Shown here piece after piece: positions 46,465 to 55,467 of a DNA stretch of 61,357 bases (positions within the stretch are counted from its first letter, which is position 1; the number at the start of each line of letters is the position of its first letter). Where the stretch lies: IMG/VR virus record IMGVR_UViG_3300048584_000008, positions 1-61,357 of that record; one strand, written 5' to 3'. Made by a program: the position numbers and the translations under genes. Source of the DNA: a virus. Taxonomy: Duplodnaviria; Caudoviricetes. The notes below the pieces were generated by a model, which worked only from the letters and a program-made list of their open reading frames with translations, had not been told where the DNA came from and ran no database searches.

Positions 46465-47127
46465 TTATACGTCAATCACCATCGGTGGGTTAGTCTGGTC
46501 ATAGTTCCTATCACACATGGCTACGTTGTAGAACTCGCAGCCTTCGTGTGTATCACGGCCATAGCTCTCGTGTATGTGCCCGTTAATCCAGTGCTTAGGC
46601 TTGACACTCAGTGACTGGAACCACTGTGCGTACGCCCACGTACCTACTGGCTGGCGGTTATAGTCCACAGCGTCGGGCTTCAGAGCATCTAGCCTCTGCC
46701 ACATGGGGGCGTGAGATACCACAATGTCCGGCGTCTCATCTCCTAGCATGTGTAGCTTACGCATGAGGTCTGCATCCTCTACATTCCACGCCCAGCCACG
46801 TAGCCCGGTAACAAACTGTAGACCGAGCAAGGTCATGCGGTTAGGCAGGATAGTTATACCATCCTCAAAGACTACTAGCTTTACGCCTGACTCTCTTCGT
46901 AGCTGGGCACCGGCTAGGCCCTCGTAGTCTCGGATGTAGTAGTCGTGGTTGCCGGGGATAAGCAGCTTAGTCTTGTGAGGTAGGGCACCCAGCCAGTCTA
47001 GCTTATCCTGCCACTCACTTACCTGCCCACTGTACATCAGGTCGCCAGCGTGGATGAACACATCTCCATCCGGTATCTTAGCTGGGTCAGTCTTGAAGTG
47101 GGTGTCACTCGTTGCTACGATTCTCAT
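46465..47127 (-). CDS. Calcineurin-like metallophosphoesterase
   Basis: SDTH, HAGD, PGNHD, VSHAP, GHIHE. Confidence 0.92.
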   Translation of the reverse strand: MRIVATSDTHFKTDPAKIPDGDVFIHAGDLMYSGQVSEWQDKLDWLGALPHKTKLLIPGNHDYYIRDYEGLAGAQLRRESGVKLVVFEDGITILPNRMTLLGLQFVTGLRGWAWNVEDADLMRKLHMLGDETPDIVVSHAPMWQRLDALKPDAVDYNRQPVGTWAYAQWFQSLSVKPKHWINGHIHESYGRDTHEGCEFYNVAMCDRNYDQTNPPMVIDV

Positions 47128-47657
47128 ACTCTACTCCCCCTCGCCGCGCTGAGTGCTGCTTCAAGTACGGCCAGTTCATCAACATACTTCGGCCCGGTGT
47201 ATTGTCCATGATGGTTTTGGTGCAATGTCCAAACGCTGAGGTAACGAGAATCTGCGTGGATTTCTCGCAGCTTCGCGCATAGCGCGTTGGCCGCCTCCGT
47301 CACCCCGGCGCTGGCGGTGGGCGGGGCGGCGAAGTAGTACGGGATGGCCTCTATGGGTTTGTTGCCGTTGCGCTCTTGCCCTCCGCTGAACTCAATTACG
47401 GTTCGGCCCGAACCCCATGCGTCGGAATAGCGGTAGGCGTAGCCATCAGGCTTTCGCTCCCCGGCCAGATCAGAAAGGCGGGCGGCGATGCCATCCAGCG
47501 CGGCGTATGCCGCCTCTTTTGCGGAGTCGAGGCCGCAGCCACAGGTCTGCACGGCTTCGTTGTTGTACGCGTCCAGGTCGCCACAGGAATCATCGTGCTT
47601 GGCGTAGGGAAAGATCGCCTCCAACACCGCCAGCGCCTGTTTATGGGTCATGGTCAC
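47124..47657 (-). CDS. Hypothetical protein (mosaic island)
   Basis: GTGA overlap, AGGAG RBS; HDDSC...CGCGL. Confidence 0.65.
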   Translation of the reverse strand: MTMTHKQALAVLEAIFPYAKHDDSCGDLDAYNNEAVQTCGCGLDSAKEAAYAALDGIAARLSDLAGERKPDGYAYRYSDAWGSGRTVIEFSGGQERNGNKPIEAIPYYFAAPPTASAGVTEAANALCAKLREIHADSRYLSVWTLHQNHHGQYTGPKYVDELAVLEAALSAARGSRV

Positions 47658-48094
47658 GGTGCGTTCTCCTGGAGGGCGGCGGCTATCCATTCGGCGTCAT
47701 TGCTTCGGGCGCGGGCTTGAGAAGCGGCGTTGCGCCAAACGTCACGGCGCTCAAACTCATCATCTTCGCGGGCCGCTTGCGCCATTTCATCAAACTGCTC
47801 GGCAATAGCCTTTAGAATTAGGCGGGGCGCTTTCTCGGAAACGATGCGGAACTCCGCCCGATCAACCGCCAGCATTGCCGCCGAGCGCGTCAGGTCATTC
47901 ACCTCCCCGCCCCCGGCCTGCTCGACGGCTGCGCGGGTGTTCTCGTCAGAAAGTTCATCACGCAAGACTATGGCCGCTTGTCCCAGCTTCTTGACTATGA
48001 CTTCTTCGATTAGCGGAGTTATAGCGCTATGAACGAAGGCTTGGATTGCGCGGCGCTGTTCTTCTGTCACGTTGCTCGGCAGTTCGTTAGTCAC
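47654..48094 (-). CDS. Hypothetical protein (mosaic island)
   Basis: GTGA overlap; helical. Confidence 0.6.
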   Translation of the reverse strand: MTNELPSNVTEEQRRAIQAFVHSAITPLIEEVIVKKLGQAAIVLRDELSDENTRAAVEQAGGGEVNDLTRSAAMLAVDRAEFRIVSEKAPRLILKAIAEQFDEMAQAAREDDEFERRDVWRNAASQARARSNDAEWIAAALQENAP

Positions 48095-48285
48095 GGCTTG
48101 CTTTCCTTGTTCAGTTCCCTGGCGGCGTACACCACAGCCATGCTCAGCTTCTTGACCAAAACTTGCCTGATGCAGTCCATCAGCATGGTGTCCACCAGAG
48201 CCTCAACCTGTTTGCGAATTTCCGGCGTCACGACAATTGGCTCGTCGTCCGCCACCAGCGCCTCGCATTGTGAGCGTAGGGTCAT
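48091..48285 (-). CDS. Hypothetical protein
   Basis: GGAG RBS; ATGA overlap. Confidence 0.6.
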   Translation of the reverse strand: MTLRSQCEALVADDEPIVVTPEIRKQVEALVDTMLMDCIRQVLVKKLSMAVVYAARELNKESKP

Positions 48286-48413
48286 TTCTTTCTCCAGTAT
48301 AGAAAGTCGAGAAATCCAAGGAACAACACAAGCAGCAGCACTAAGCCGACTACCATGCCCAGCTCAAACAGGGCCTTTGCCGCCCAGAACTGTATGGATT
48401 CAATGAACGTCAT
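48282..48413 (-). CDS. 43-aa membrane peptide (not in ORF track)
   Basis: ATGA overlaps at both ends; MTFIESIQFWAAKALFELGMVVGLVLLLVLFLGFLDFLYWRKK. Confidence 0.65.
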   Translation of the reverse strand: MTFIESIQFWAAKALFELGMVVGLVLLLVLFLGFLDFLYWRKK

Positions 48414-49288
48414 TTGCTAACCTCCTTAATATCCTGCGGTATATGCAGCACGCTTTCCTTAATCAACCAGTCAACCAGCTGCTCTTCGCTCAGGTCCTTT
48501 ATGTCCTTGTCCAGTCTAGGTACGTACACCTTAAGCTTGTTACGTATACGCAGGGCGGTCTTAACTGCCTTATCGTAGGCGTCCTTATCCAGAGCAAGGT
48601 GTACACTATCATACCCTTGCTGAACTAGAGCTGAAAGGAGTTCGTCTGACAGGTTTGTACCGAGCAGGGCCACGGCATGTAGATACCTCGACGCCCGTAT
48701 AGCGGATAGCTGGTCCTCTACTATGATGACTTCCTTAGCACCGGCACACGGGTACCATGCCCCCCTGTTACCGTCGAGGAACGACAGGGTTTTAGGGCCG
48801 TCGTTAGTACCTAGGCTACGGGCAACAAAGCCATACAGCTTACCGTATGTATCTCGTACGGGCATGAGCAGCCTCCCCTCCCCTTCCCGGGCGTACTCTC
48901 TTGTCCAGCTCAGCTCGCCCCGAGCGAAATCCTGTTGCCGTAGGAAGTACCTGTCCGCAAGGTATCCCGATACTCCTTTAGGGAGCGGACCTTTTCCAGT
49001 AAGGCGATAACGTTCGACACCACTGAGTCGCTTGGGTCTCCCTGCCTCAAAGCCTTCGTATACATCTCCGTTGCCGAGTACCGTAACTCCTCCTCTAAGA
49101 GAGCAAGCCGCACGATGGCAGATGAAGAGTAAGGAATGGTTAACTCTGGAAACTGAGAAAGTACGCTCACCTGTTCGACCGCCTTCGCAGGCGGGGCAGA
49201 GTCTTCCACTAACTGAAACCCCATCGGCAAGCGTTCCGTATTCAAGTCGTACGGCGTCGGCGTATTGATGTTTTGCATTTGTATTCAC
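48410..49288 (-). CDS. DNA primase (Zn finger plus Toprim)
   Basis: CPAC...CHRAAC; IIVEDQLSA, ALLGT, LALDKDA, KDIKD. Confidence 0.9.
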   Translation of the reverse strand: MNTNAKHQYADAVRLEYGTLADGVSVSGRLCPACEGGRTGERTFSVSRVNHSLLFICHRAACSLRGGVTVLGNGDVYEGFEAGRPKRLSGVERYRLTGKGPLPKGVSGYLADRYFLRQQDFARGELSWTREYAREGEGRLLMPVRDTYGKLYGFVARSLGTNDGPKTLSFLDGNRGAWYPCAGAKEVIIVEDQLSAIRASRYLHAVALLGTNLSDELLSALVQQGYDSVHLALDKDAYDKAVKTALRIRNKLKVYVPRLDKDIKDLSEEQLVDWLIKESVLHIPQDIKEVSK

Positions 49289-49297
49289 TTCCCTTCC

Positions 49298-50572
49298 TTA
49301 ATGTAAGACCGCGTTATTGCGGAGCTTATCAATCTCTTGTGATACAGCGTCGGCAATACTATCGGCATCCTTGCTTGAGTTATTACGACGGACAACGAAC
49401 GACATCTCTCTTGCCCCACTTACGTTATCAACTACGGGGAAGGCACCAACAATTACCACAGGTACCACCGCCTCCTTGCGTATGAACTCATAGGCACCGG
49501 GAGATACGTGGCGCATCACAGCCCGTGTGCTGTCTCCATCCAGCTCGGCCTCACCATACAGGGTGTAGGAATCGGAGTCGTATACGTCACCCATAAAGCT
49601 GCATTCCACGCCCGCTACAGCAGCTACCTTGGCAAGACGCATTTCCTCTTCGTTGGCGTGTACCTTGAACTTCATTCGTACCTTAGCCCCAGTAGGGGCG
49701 GGAGTAACAACAGCGGGAGTTACCTCTGCCGGCTTTAGCAGCGCCAGCATACTATTGACCATCTGCTCTTGCGTGTTAACCACCGAGTAGCCACGCGACC
49801 TACCCCGTCTGGACCAGCCGGGCTGCCACTCCCCCTCGTTGTACACTGCAGCCGGGGTCACGGCCTGCGGAAGAGGAGAAGAGCTGAACTGGCGGGGGTT
49901 CGTGACATCGAACGTGTACTTACGCTCGGGCTTGAGATCAAGTACCTCAGGCTCAAGGGACAGACCGTTGCGACGGCAGAGCCACGCCATCATCTCTGGC
50001 TCGGACGCCAGCAGCATGCGGTTAGTGTCCTTGATGTAGCCTGCAAACATCGGGCGATCTGCGTTACGAGCGATGAACAGCTTATCCTTCTCATCCTGAT
50101 CGTACCACACGAAGGCGAACGCACCCTTGAACAGAGCGAACGCCTCGTCACCCTGCTCGGCGATCATGTTCATCGCCCACTCTGAGTCCACGTCATACTT
50201 GACAGAGTTCCAGCCCTGAAGCGTGCCGTTGTGCACGCCTATAAGCAGAGACTTATTAGCCTTCTCTGCCGTGAACGGATGGGCCGTGGCGTCGAGGATA
50301 TCTCCCGTAGTAGCCGCCCGATTGTGTCCGATAGTAATCCGGCTGCTGTCTGTGTCCCTAAGAAAGCCGCTAGCCTTAGGGTCATTAACGAAATCCCAGC
50401 CTGCCTTAGCAGCCTTATAGGAGTACAGCTTCTTAGCGTCTAGCTGAAAGAGCCCAGTAGAATCATCCCCTCGCAGGGAGTTACACACCAGAGCCTGCTC
50501 GAACAGCTTTGTGATAGACAGGTCAGCACTACGACTACCTTCCCCATTAACTATACCTACGATACCACACAT
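49298..50572 (-). CDS. Class II (Ntn) glutamine amidotransferase
   Basis: MCGIVG, RGDDSTG, GHNRAAT, AHPF, HNGTL, DSE. Confidence 0.92.
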   Translation of the reverse strand: MCGIVGIVNGEGSRSADLSITKLFEQALVCNSLRGDDSTGLFQLDAKKLYSYKAAKAGWDFVNDPKASGFLRDTDSSRITIGHNRAATTGDILDATAHPFTAEKANKSLLIGVHNGTLQGWNSVKYDVDSEWAMNMIAEQGDEAFALFKGAFAFVWYDQDEKDKLFIARNADRPMFAGYIKDTNRMLLASEPEMMAWLCRRNGLSLEPEVLDLKPERKYTFDVTNPRQFSSSPLPQAVTPAAVYNEGEWQPGWSRRGRSRGYSVVNTQEQMVNSMLALLKPAEVTPAVVTPAPTGAKVRMKFKVHANEEEMRLAKVAAVAGVECSFMGDVYDSDSYTLYGEAELDGDSTRAVMRHVSPGAYEFIRKEAVVPVVIVGAFPVVDNVSGAREMSFVVRRNNSSKDADSIADAVSQEIDKLRNNAVLH

Positions 50573-51768
50573 TAGAACTGCTCCTCATTGATACCCTCGG
50601 GCTGATCAGGTAGTCCTACCTCAACGGGCGGCTGCTCGCCAAAGGGCGACGGGTCGTACCCCCCGGAAGTGAGATAGGGCGGCGGAGTAGTTGGTCTAGA
50701 CCTCGCTCTAGAAGACTCCTGCATCCGCGCGAGTTCGCTGATAGTAAATGTCGCACCCGATGTAATTACCTCTGGCCGTGGGATAGCCGAGGCACGCACG
50801 GTGGTTGTCTTAGGACGGGCAACCTTAGGTGCCGGAGGCTTGACTTCTGGGCGCTTAGCTCGGGCCTTACCGATAAACGTAGCGAGGAGATTGTTGGTCT
50901 CCCACCCACGCAGCGCATCCGAGTCAGCCCCACCGTAGCACGCGATCATACCAAGGCGACGATACGCCTGTCTGTCAGGCACGATGCTACGCAGCTGGCT
51001 GCCGAAGGTAGGCATCAAGGACTCGATGACGGCCATGTCTTCGGGGCTGTTGTACATACTGAGCACGGATACATCGCGCTCGGCCAGTTCGGTTGCTGCC
51101 TTCTTAAGCTCCATCAACAAATGAATCCAGCGGATAAGCCGGCCCATGTCCGAAAGCCCGGGCATGTGGCGGAACTCGATAGTACCATAGCGCATCAGCG
51201 CATACAGGTTCAGACCATAGTACCTGCTGGCGTTGCTGCTCGTGTCATTCAGCAGACGGGAAACGGTCTCGATGCTTTCACTACGCAGCACAGCAACGAG
51301 CGGCTCAGGCGGAGAGTCCTCGAAGGGGTGGCAGTACGAGCACCACTTGCGCTGCGGATCAGACAGACGGAAGAACGCATCCTCGTAGATGTAGTAGAGG
51401 GCGCAGAGATTGTGCAACGACTCCATCGTGTCCGTGTCTTGCCGCATGTTCATGTGGATATGCACCGACGTGCGCGGTCCAGTCGTGTAGCTGGTGACGA
51501 AGCGGAAGAAGTCGTTGATCGCCTGCGTTAGGTGGGTGCCCATGAGTGGCTCGGCCAGTACCAGCTCGGTACCACTACGAAGGCTGTGATCTTCCTTGTT
51601 CTCCCAGAAAGGGGACTCCGCCAGCAGACGACGCACCTGCCCATTGCTGTAGTTCTCAATCTCTATCTCCACTCCGATGTACTGGCCGGCGAGGGGCCAC
51701 TCCGCACCCGGCTGAGGGATGAGCATCGGGCGGCGCTGGGTAAGACGGAACAACTTAGTGTTAGCCAC
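50572..51768 (-). CDS. Amidoligase (COOH-NH2 ligase, glutamine synthetase-like)
   Basis: IGVEIEIE, DHSLR.G.E, RTSVHIH, RYYGLNL, GTIEFRH. Confidence 0.88.
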   Translation of the reverse strand: MANTKLFRLTQRRPMLIPQPGAEWPLAGQYIGVEIEIENYSNGQVRRLLAESPFWENKEDHSLRSGTELVLAEPLMGTHLTQAINDFFRFVTSYTTGPRTSVHIHMNMRQDTDTMESLHNLCALYYIYEDAFFRLSDPQRKWCSYCHPFEDSPPEPLVAVLRSESIETVSRLLNDTSSNASRYYGLNLYALMRYGTIEFRHMPGLSDMGRLIRWIHLLMELKKAATELAERDVSVLSMYNSPEDMAVIESLMPTFGSQLRSIVPDRQAYRRLGMIACYGGADSDALRGWETNNLLATFIGKARAKRPEVKPPAPKVARPKTTTVRASAIPRPEVITSGATFTISELARMQESSRARSRPTTPPPYLTSGGYDPSPFGEQPPVEVGLPDQPEGINEEQF

Positions 51769-52417
51769 GGGTGGTCTCCTCTTCCCAAAGACTATTAACG
51801 GTGGGGTTACTTATGGACATTGTTACTGCTCCGCTCGGAGTGATGTAGCCTATTTTACGGCGGCGGTACAGGATATCAAGCTCTTCCGAACGGGGGCTAG
51901 GTGCTATCGCAAACTCCGCAGATGAGCAGAAGAACGGAATCTCCCCGGCCAGTACCTTAGGCAGGCCTACGGCAAACGGGGTGTACTTAGGCATCATCAC
52001 TGCCTCCATCTTCCTCTCTACCAGTACCGAGTGGTGGCGAGATGTAATACCGGGCTCGCCTAAGTAACCGAGGTTACTCTCGATAGCCTCACATGCGAAG
52101 TGAGGAACCACCAGCACGTCCTGCATGTGCAAGCCTCTACGAGTAGATGGGCGGCGAAAGTAATAGCCGAGGAAGTTGCCTGCCTCATCTTGGCGATAGC
52201 CCAGAGTGGGGTAGGAAAACTTATCCCACGTGTCGAAGTACTCCGCGTCGATGATCACGTCGTGCTCCTCTATCTCGCAGTTGGCATAGCGTACGGCTAA
52301 CGCCCGGCCTGAATCAGTTACACCCTGTAGTACGTGAGGCTTCCCCTTGTAGAGGAAGCTAGCTCCGTTAAACATATCGTTCGCGTAGCCGAAGCCAAGC
52401 TCCGAGAATAGGCTCAT
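51761..52417 (-). CDS. Conserved hypothetical protein of amidoligase clusters
   Basis: AAGGAG RBS before ATG 52417; PTLGY...RRPSTRRGL. Confidence 0.7.
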   Translation of the reverse strand: MSLFSELGFGYANDMFNGASFLYKGKPHVLQGVTDSGRALAVRYANCEIEEHDVIIDAEYFDTWDKFSYPTLGYRQDEAGNFLGYYFRRPSTRRGLHMQDVLVVPHFACEAIESNLGYLGEPGITSRHHSVLVERKMEAVMMPKYTPFAVGLPKVLAGEIPFFCSSAEFAIAPSPRSEELDILYRRRKIGYITPSGAVTMSISNPTVNSLWEEETTRG

Positions 52418-52418
52418 C

Positions 52419-53087
52419 TTAACTGCTCTCCTTTTGCACACGGGTGAGGGGGATCATAAACTTTGTGTTCTCTGTCGCAAGCAAGGCTCGGAAATTACGT
52501 ATCATCATCTCCTTCTCCGTCACCTTTGGGGCTGGTGTCTCAGGTGCTACAACAGCTATCCCCTTGCCGGGCATCTTGCCCTTGCTCATCACAGTATGGA
52601 AGCTACCATCCTGCATGTAGCGTTGCACCAAGAAGTTACCAGACTTACTGATGCTGTCCACCTTGTACAACTTAAGCACAGCAGTAAGGGCCTCCTCTCC
52701 GCTGCGTGCCTGCATGTCGTGCATCACGACGTAGGCAGCTAGCGCCGTAGGATAAGCTGAGACACGGTACTTCTGGAAAGGAAGTTCTACACTCTCTGCA
52801 GCTGGGGCTTCGGAGGCCACAGTTCTGCGTAGCCCTGCCCCATATACAATCTTGGCGGCCCCGGACTTATCTAGGGCCAGCACTACGCCCTTAACTCCAA
52901 CCTCGTTCGGACCACCTATACCGATAGCCCGGCACACTTTACTCAAGGCCTCAATCTTGCTAGCCCCACTACCTGTTACAACGGATACCTCCTTTACTTC
53001 GCCGCTGTCGTAGTGTACATGACCTATCCACGAGGCTAGACCTGTATCTTGTGGATCGTACGGCCAGTGATCATCGTGCTCCTGCAT
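52419..53087 (-). CDS. Hypothetical protein
   Basis: GAGGAG RBS before ATG 53087 (MQEHDD). Confidence 0.7.
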   Translation of the reverse strand: MQEHDDHWPYDPQDTGLASWIGHVHYDSGEVKEVSVVTGSGASKIEALSKVCRAIGIGGPNEVGVKGVVLALDKSGAAKIVYGAGLRRTVASEAPAAESVELPFQKYRVSAYPTALAAYVVMHDMQARSGEEALTAVLKLYKVDSISKSGNFLVQRYMQDGSFHTVMSKGKMPGKGIAVVAPETPAPKVTEKEMMIRNFRALLATENTKFMIPLTRVQKESS

Positions 53088-53841
53088 CTCTGACTCCTCT
53101 GATGTACTCGACGTAAGCAGCCAAGACCGTAGGGCTTTCGATACCCGGTGCCGTGTTGACTTCCAGGACATAGGCCTCTGTTCCCTTCTTGTTCACGATG
53201 ATATCAACTGCTCCGAAGTCAAGCCCTAACGCCTTGACTGCGGCAACAGAATACGAACGTACCTTCTCCTCTATTTCCGGTGAAGTAAAGCGAACATCGT
53301 TAACCGCAAAGACCCAGCCGTTAGCGGCGTTGCGGATGAGCGCGGCATCTCCTGTTAGCGCATCACCATTGCGTCGTCGCTTCTGCTGCACTACGGCAGC
53401 CCGATCACCCAGTACATGGACGCGATACTCCGCTGACTTGCGGATGTACTCAACGTACAGTGGGGCAGGCGGAATCACCGTGTCCTCTGGTCGTATGACT
53501 ATGATACCCCGCCCACCCGAGGCACGCAACAAAGTGCGGGCCAGATAAATCTTATCTCGGGGGGACGTTGTTGACAAATCGTCACCCGCCGATGGGACCG
53601 GGAGCCCCGCTGAGGACAGAATCGAAATGGACGTGGACTTGTTCACGGCTTGGGCTACTGCGGCGGGGCTGTTGAGCACGCGGTCGTGCGGAAGAGGCGA
53701 GCTGCTGCCCCAGTTCACGATCAAGGACGAGAGTATCCGCGTGTTCAATGCCCGTCCAGGGCGCAGACGACGAAAGTTCCCCGCCCTCTGCAATAAGAGT
53801 GCAGATGCGGATGGCCTGCTCCGGTAAACGTACACTGGCAT
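53071..53841 (-). CDS. ATP-grasp ligase (RimK/phiEco32-like)
   Basis: VNWG, NK, SGGRGI, EYRVHV, LGLDFGAVD, VLEVNTAPG. Confidence 0.92.
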   Translation of the reverse strand: MPVYVYRSRPSASALLLQRAGNFRRLRPGRALNTRILSSLIVNWGSSSPLPHDRVLNSPAAVAQAVNKSTSISILSSAGLPVPSAGDDLSTTSPRDKIYLARTLLRASGGRGIIVIRPEDTVIPPAPLYVEYIRKSAEYRVHVLGDRAAVVQQKRRRNGDALTGDAALIRNAANGWVFAVNDVRFTSPEIEEKVRSYSVAAVKALGLDFGAVDIIVNKKGTEAYVLEVNTAPGIESPTVLAAYVEYIRGVRDAGAR

Positions 53842-54715
53842 AGACTATATCTCCTATTACGAAGTCGTTGCGTGAAGACATGCGTATCGTATCAGACACG
53901 GTAATGCTATTGATGAACTGCTGCAGCTCCTCAGAGGTAGCATTAAGGGGGGGAAGAACCGGAGTAAGCATGCGCTCCACCAGCACACGTGAGTAGCTAC
54001 TAGCCTGAGTCATCACTGAGTGTGCAAAGCAGGCCGCAAGCCACAGGTCTACTCTGCTCTCGACCCGCTCGGCCACATCGTACACGAACTCAACGCACCG
54101 CCGCAGGTTGCTGGGGTCTAGCGTACTTGCCGGAGCGCGGAACTCTAGCACCCACGTCGGACTGCTCGGGTCTACCTGCCTCATCCGTGCGGGCTGGTAC
54201 TTCGTGGGGCTGGTATACACGGTACGGCTACCGTTTCCACCAAAGGCACCAAGACGCATACTTGGCACGCCTGCTGTGGCTCTGGTTGCTACTCTCCCTG
54301 CTACTCGTGCTACCTCGGGAGTCATCCAGCCCAGCAGGTATGCCACTACCTGCCGCTGTCTGTACGACCAGTCGCTGACGTTGAAGTTGACGTGCATGCC
54401 GTACCCGGAGCGAGTCTCTTCCGTACCGGCAGCACGCAACCGCTCCATCATACGGGTTATGTACCCGTTGTCAGCCAGCACTTCCTCCACTGGTAGTGGC
54501 GGGCACACAATCTCTACTCCGTTGCGGTTGTCGAGAGACCCGTCAAGTTCGAGGATAGGCGCAGGCCATTGCCCATACTCAACCTGATCCATCGCTTGGG
54601 CAACTACATCGGAGCCGCTGTTGTGGTGTACCTCAAGCTCAAGGCCGATCCACTTACCTGACAGGGCACTCTCTCGCCAGTCAGGCTGCTGCGAGTGGTA
54701 TGAAGTAATACGCAT
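53582..54715 (-). CDS. Second amidoligase
   Basis: SYHS, IGLELEV, DGSL...GVEIVCPP, GYGMHVN, KY, LEFRAPAST. Confidence 0.85.
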   Translation of the reverse strand: MRITSYHSQQPDWRESALSGKWIGLELEVHHNSGSDVVAQAMDQVEYGQWPAPILELDGSLDNRNGVEIVCPPLPVEEVLADNGYITRMMERLRAAGTEETRSGYGMHVNFNVSDWSYRQRQVVAYLLGWMTPEVARVAGRVATRATAGVPSMRLGAFGGNGSRTVYTSPTKYQPARMRQVDPSSPTWVLEFRAPASTLDPSNLRRCVEFVYDVAERVESRVDLWLAACFAHSVMTQASSYSRVLVERMLTPVLPPLNATSEELQQFINSITVSDTIRMSSRNDFVIGDIVYASVRLPEQAIRICTLIAEGGELSSSAPWTGIEHADTLVLDRELGQQLASSARPRAQQPRRSSPSREQVHVHFDSVLSGAPGPIGG

Positions 54716-54718
54716 GGG

Positions 54719-55339
54719 TTACACCTCTCTGCCGTAGGAGGACGCTCCACTCGTGGGAACCGAGCACACACCGGGGCCGCCGATGACAGCCGGAGTGTTG
54801 TGGCTGCGGTAAGGGCGGAAGCCACTGTGAGAATACCAGATGCCGTTATCCCACGTACCCTGTGCAGCGTTGGCAATCAGGTACGTGTTGTCGCTGAACA
54901 AGAATGCCATCTTGTTGTAGTAACCAACCAGCTCTCCTATCTTGGTGAGCTGCTCTCCTACCTTGCCGGGAGTAGCGTACTCCAAGATAGCCGAGGCAAG
55001 GATGTTGGTATCCGAGGGACCAGTCTGTCCCGGGTAGAAGAAGCTGCCGTTGTGGATGATAGCAGTCTTGCCGTTGCTGAACGGGTGGGTGTTATCCGCC
55101 GACCTGTCACCACCCGTAGAGATGCGGAAGTGGATGAGGAAGTTGGAGTCAGGGTTATCCCGCTCGTCTGCCCGGTAGCTGGCAATGAAATCACCTATCT
55201 CGAAGAAGCCCTTGCGTACCTCGACCTTATCCTCCTTGACGAAGGCATAGCCGCCGCCGTCGCGGTTCTGCGAGGCACAGTGGCGCAGGATTTCGTCGGT
55301 GATAACAGTACGGCGGGGCCGAACAATTGCGATGCACAT
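54719..55339 (-). CDS. Short class II glutamine amidotransferase
   Basis: MCIAI, NRDGGG, HFRIST.G, NTHPF, HNG, SDT, WYS. Confidence 0.9.
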   Translation of the reverse strand: MCIAIVRPRRTVITDEILRHCASQNRDGGGYAFVKEDKVEVRKGFFEIGDFIASYRADERDNPDSNFLIHFRISTGGDRSADNTHPFSNGKTAIIHNGSFFYPGQTGPSDTNILASAILEYATPGKVGEQLTKIGELVGYYNKMAFLFSDNTYLIANAAQGTWDNGIWYSHSGFRPYRSHNTPAVIGGPGVCSVPTSGASSYGREV

Positions 55340-55355
55340 CTTTACACCTTCCTTT

Positions 55356-55371
55356 TATATACCGGGATATT
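55356..55371 (-). repeat. GGTATAT hairpin motif copy
   Basis: + strand TATATACCGGGATATT, directly upstream of the GATase RBS. Confidence 0.7.
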
Positions 55372-55467
55372 AAAACTCAGTACTTGAAGCCGGGATTGCG
55401 GGGCCAGCGTGGGCGAGACCTCATCCTAAGATGGATGAGGACTGCCACAACAGCGACGGCACCGATG

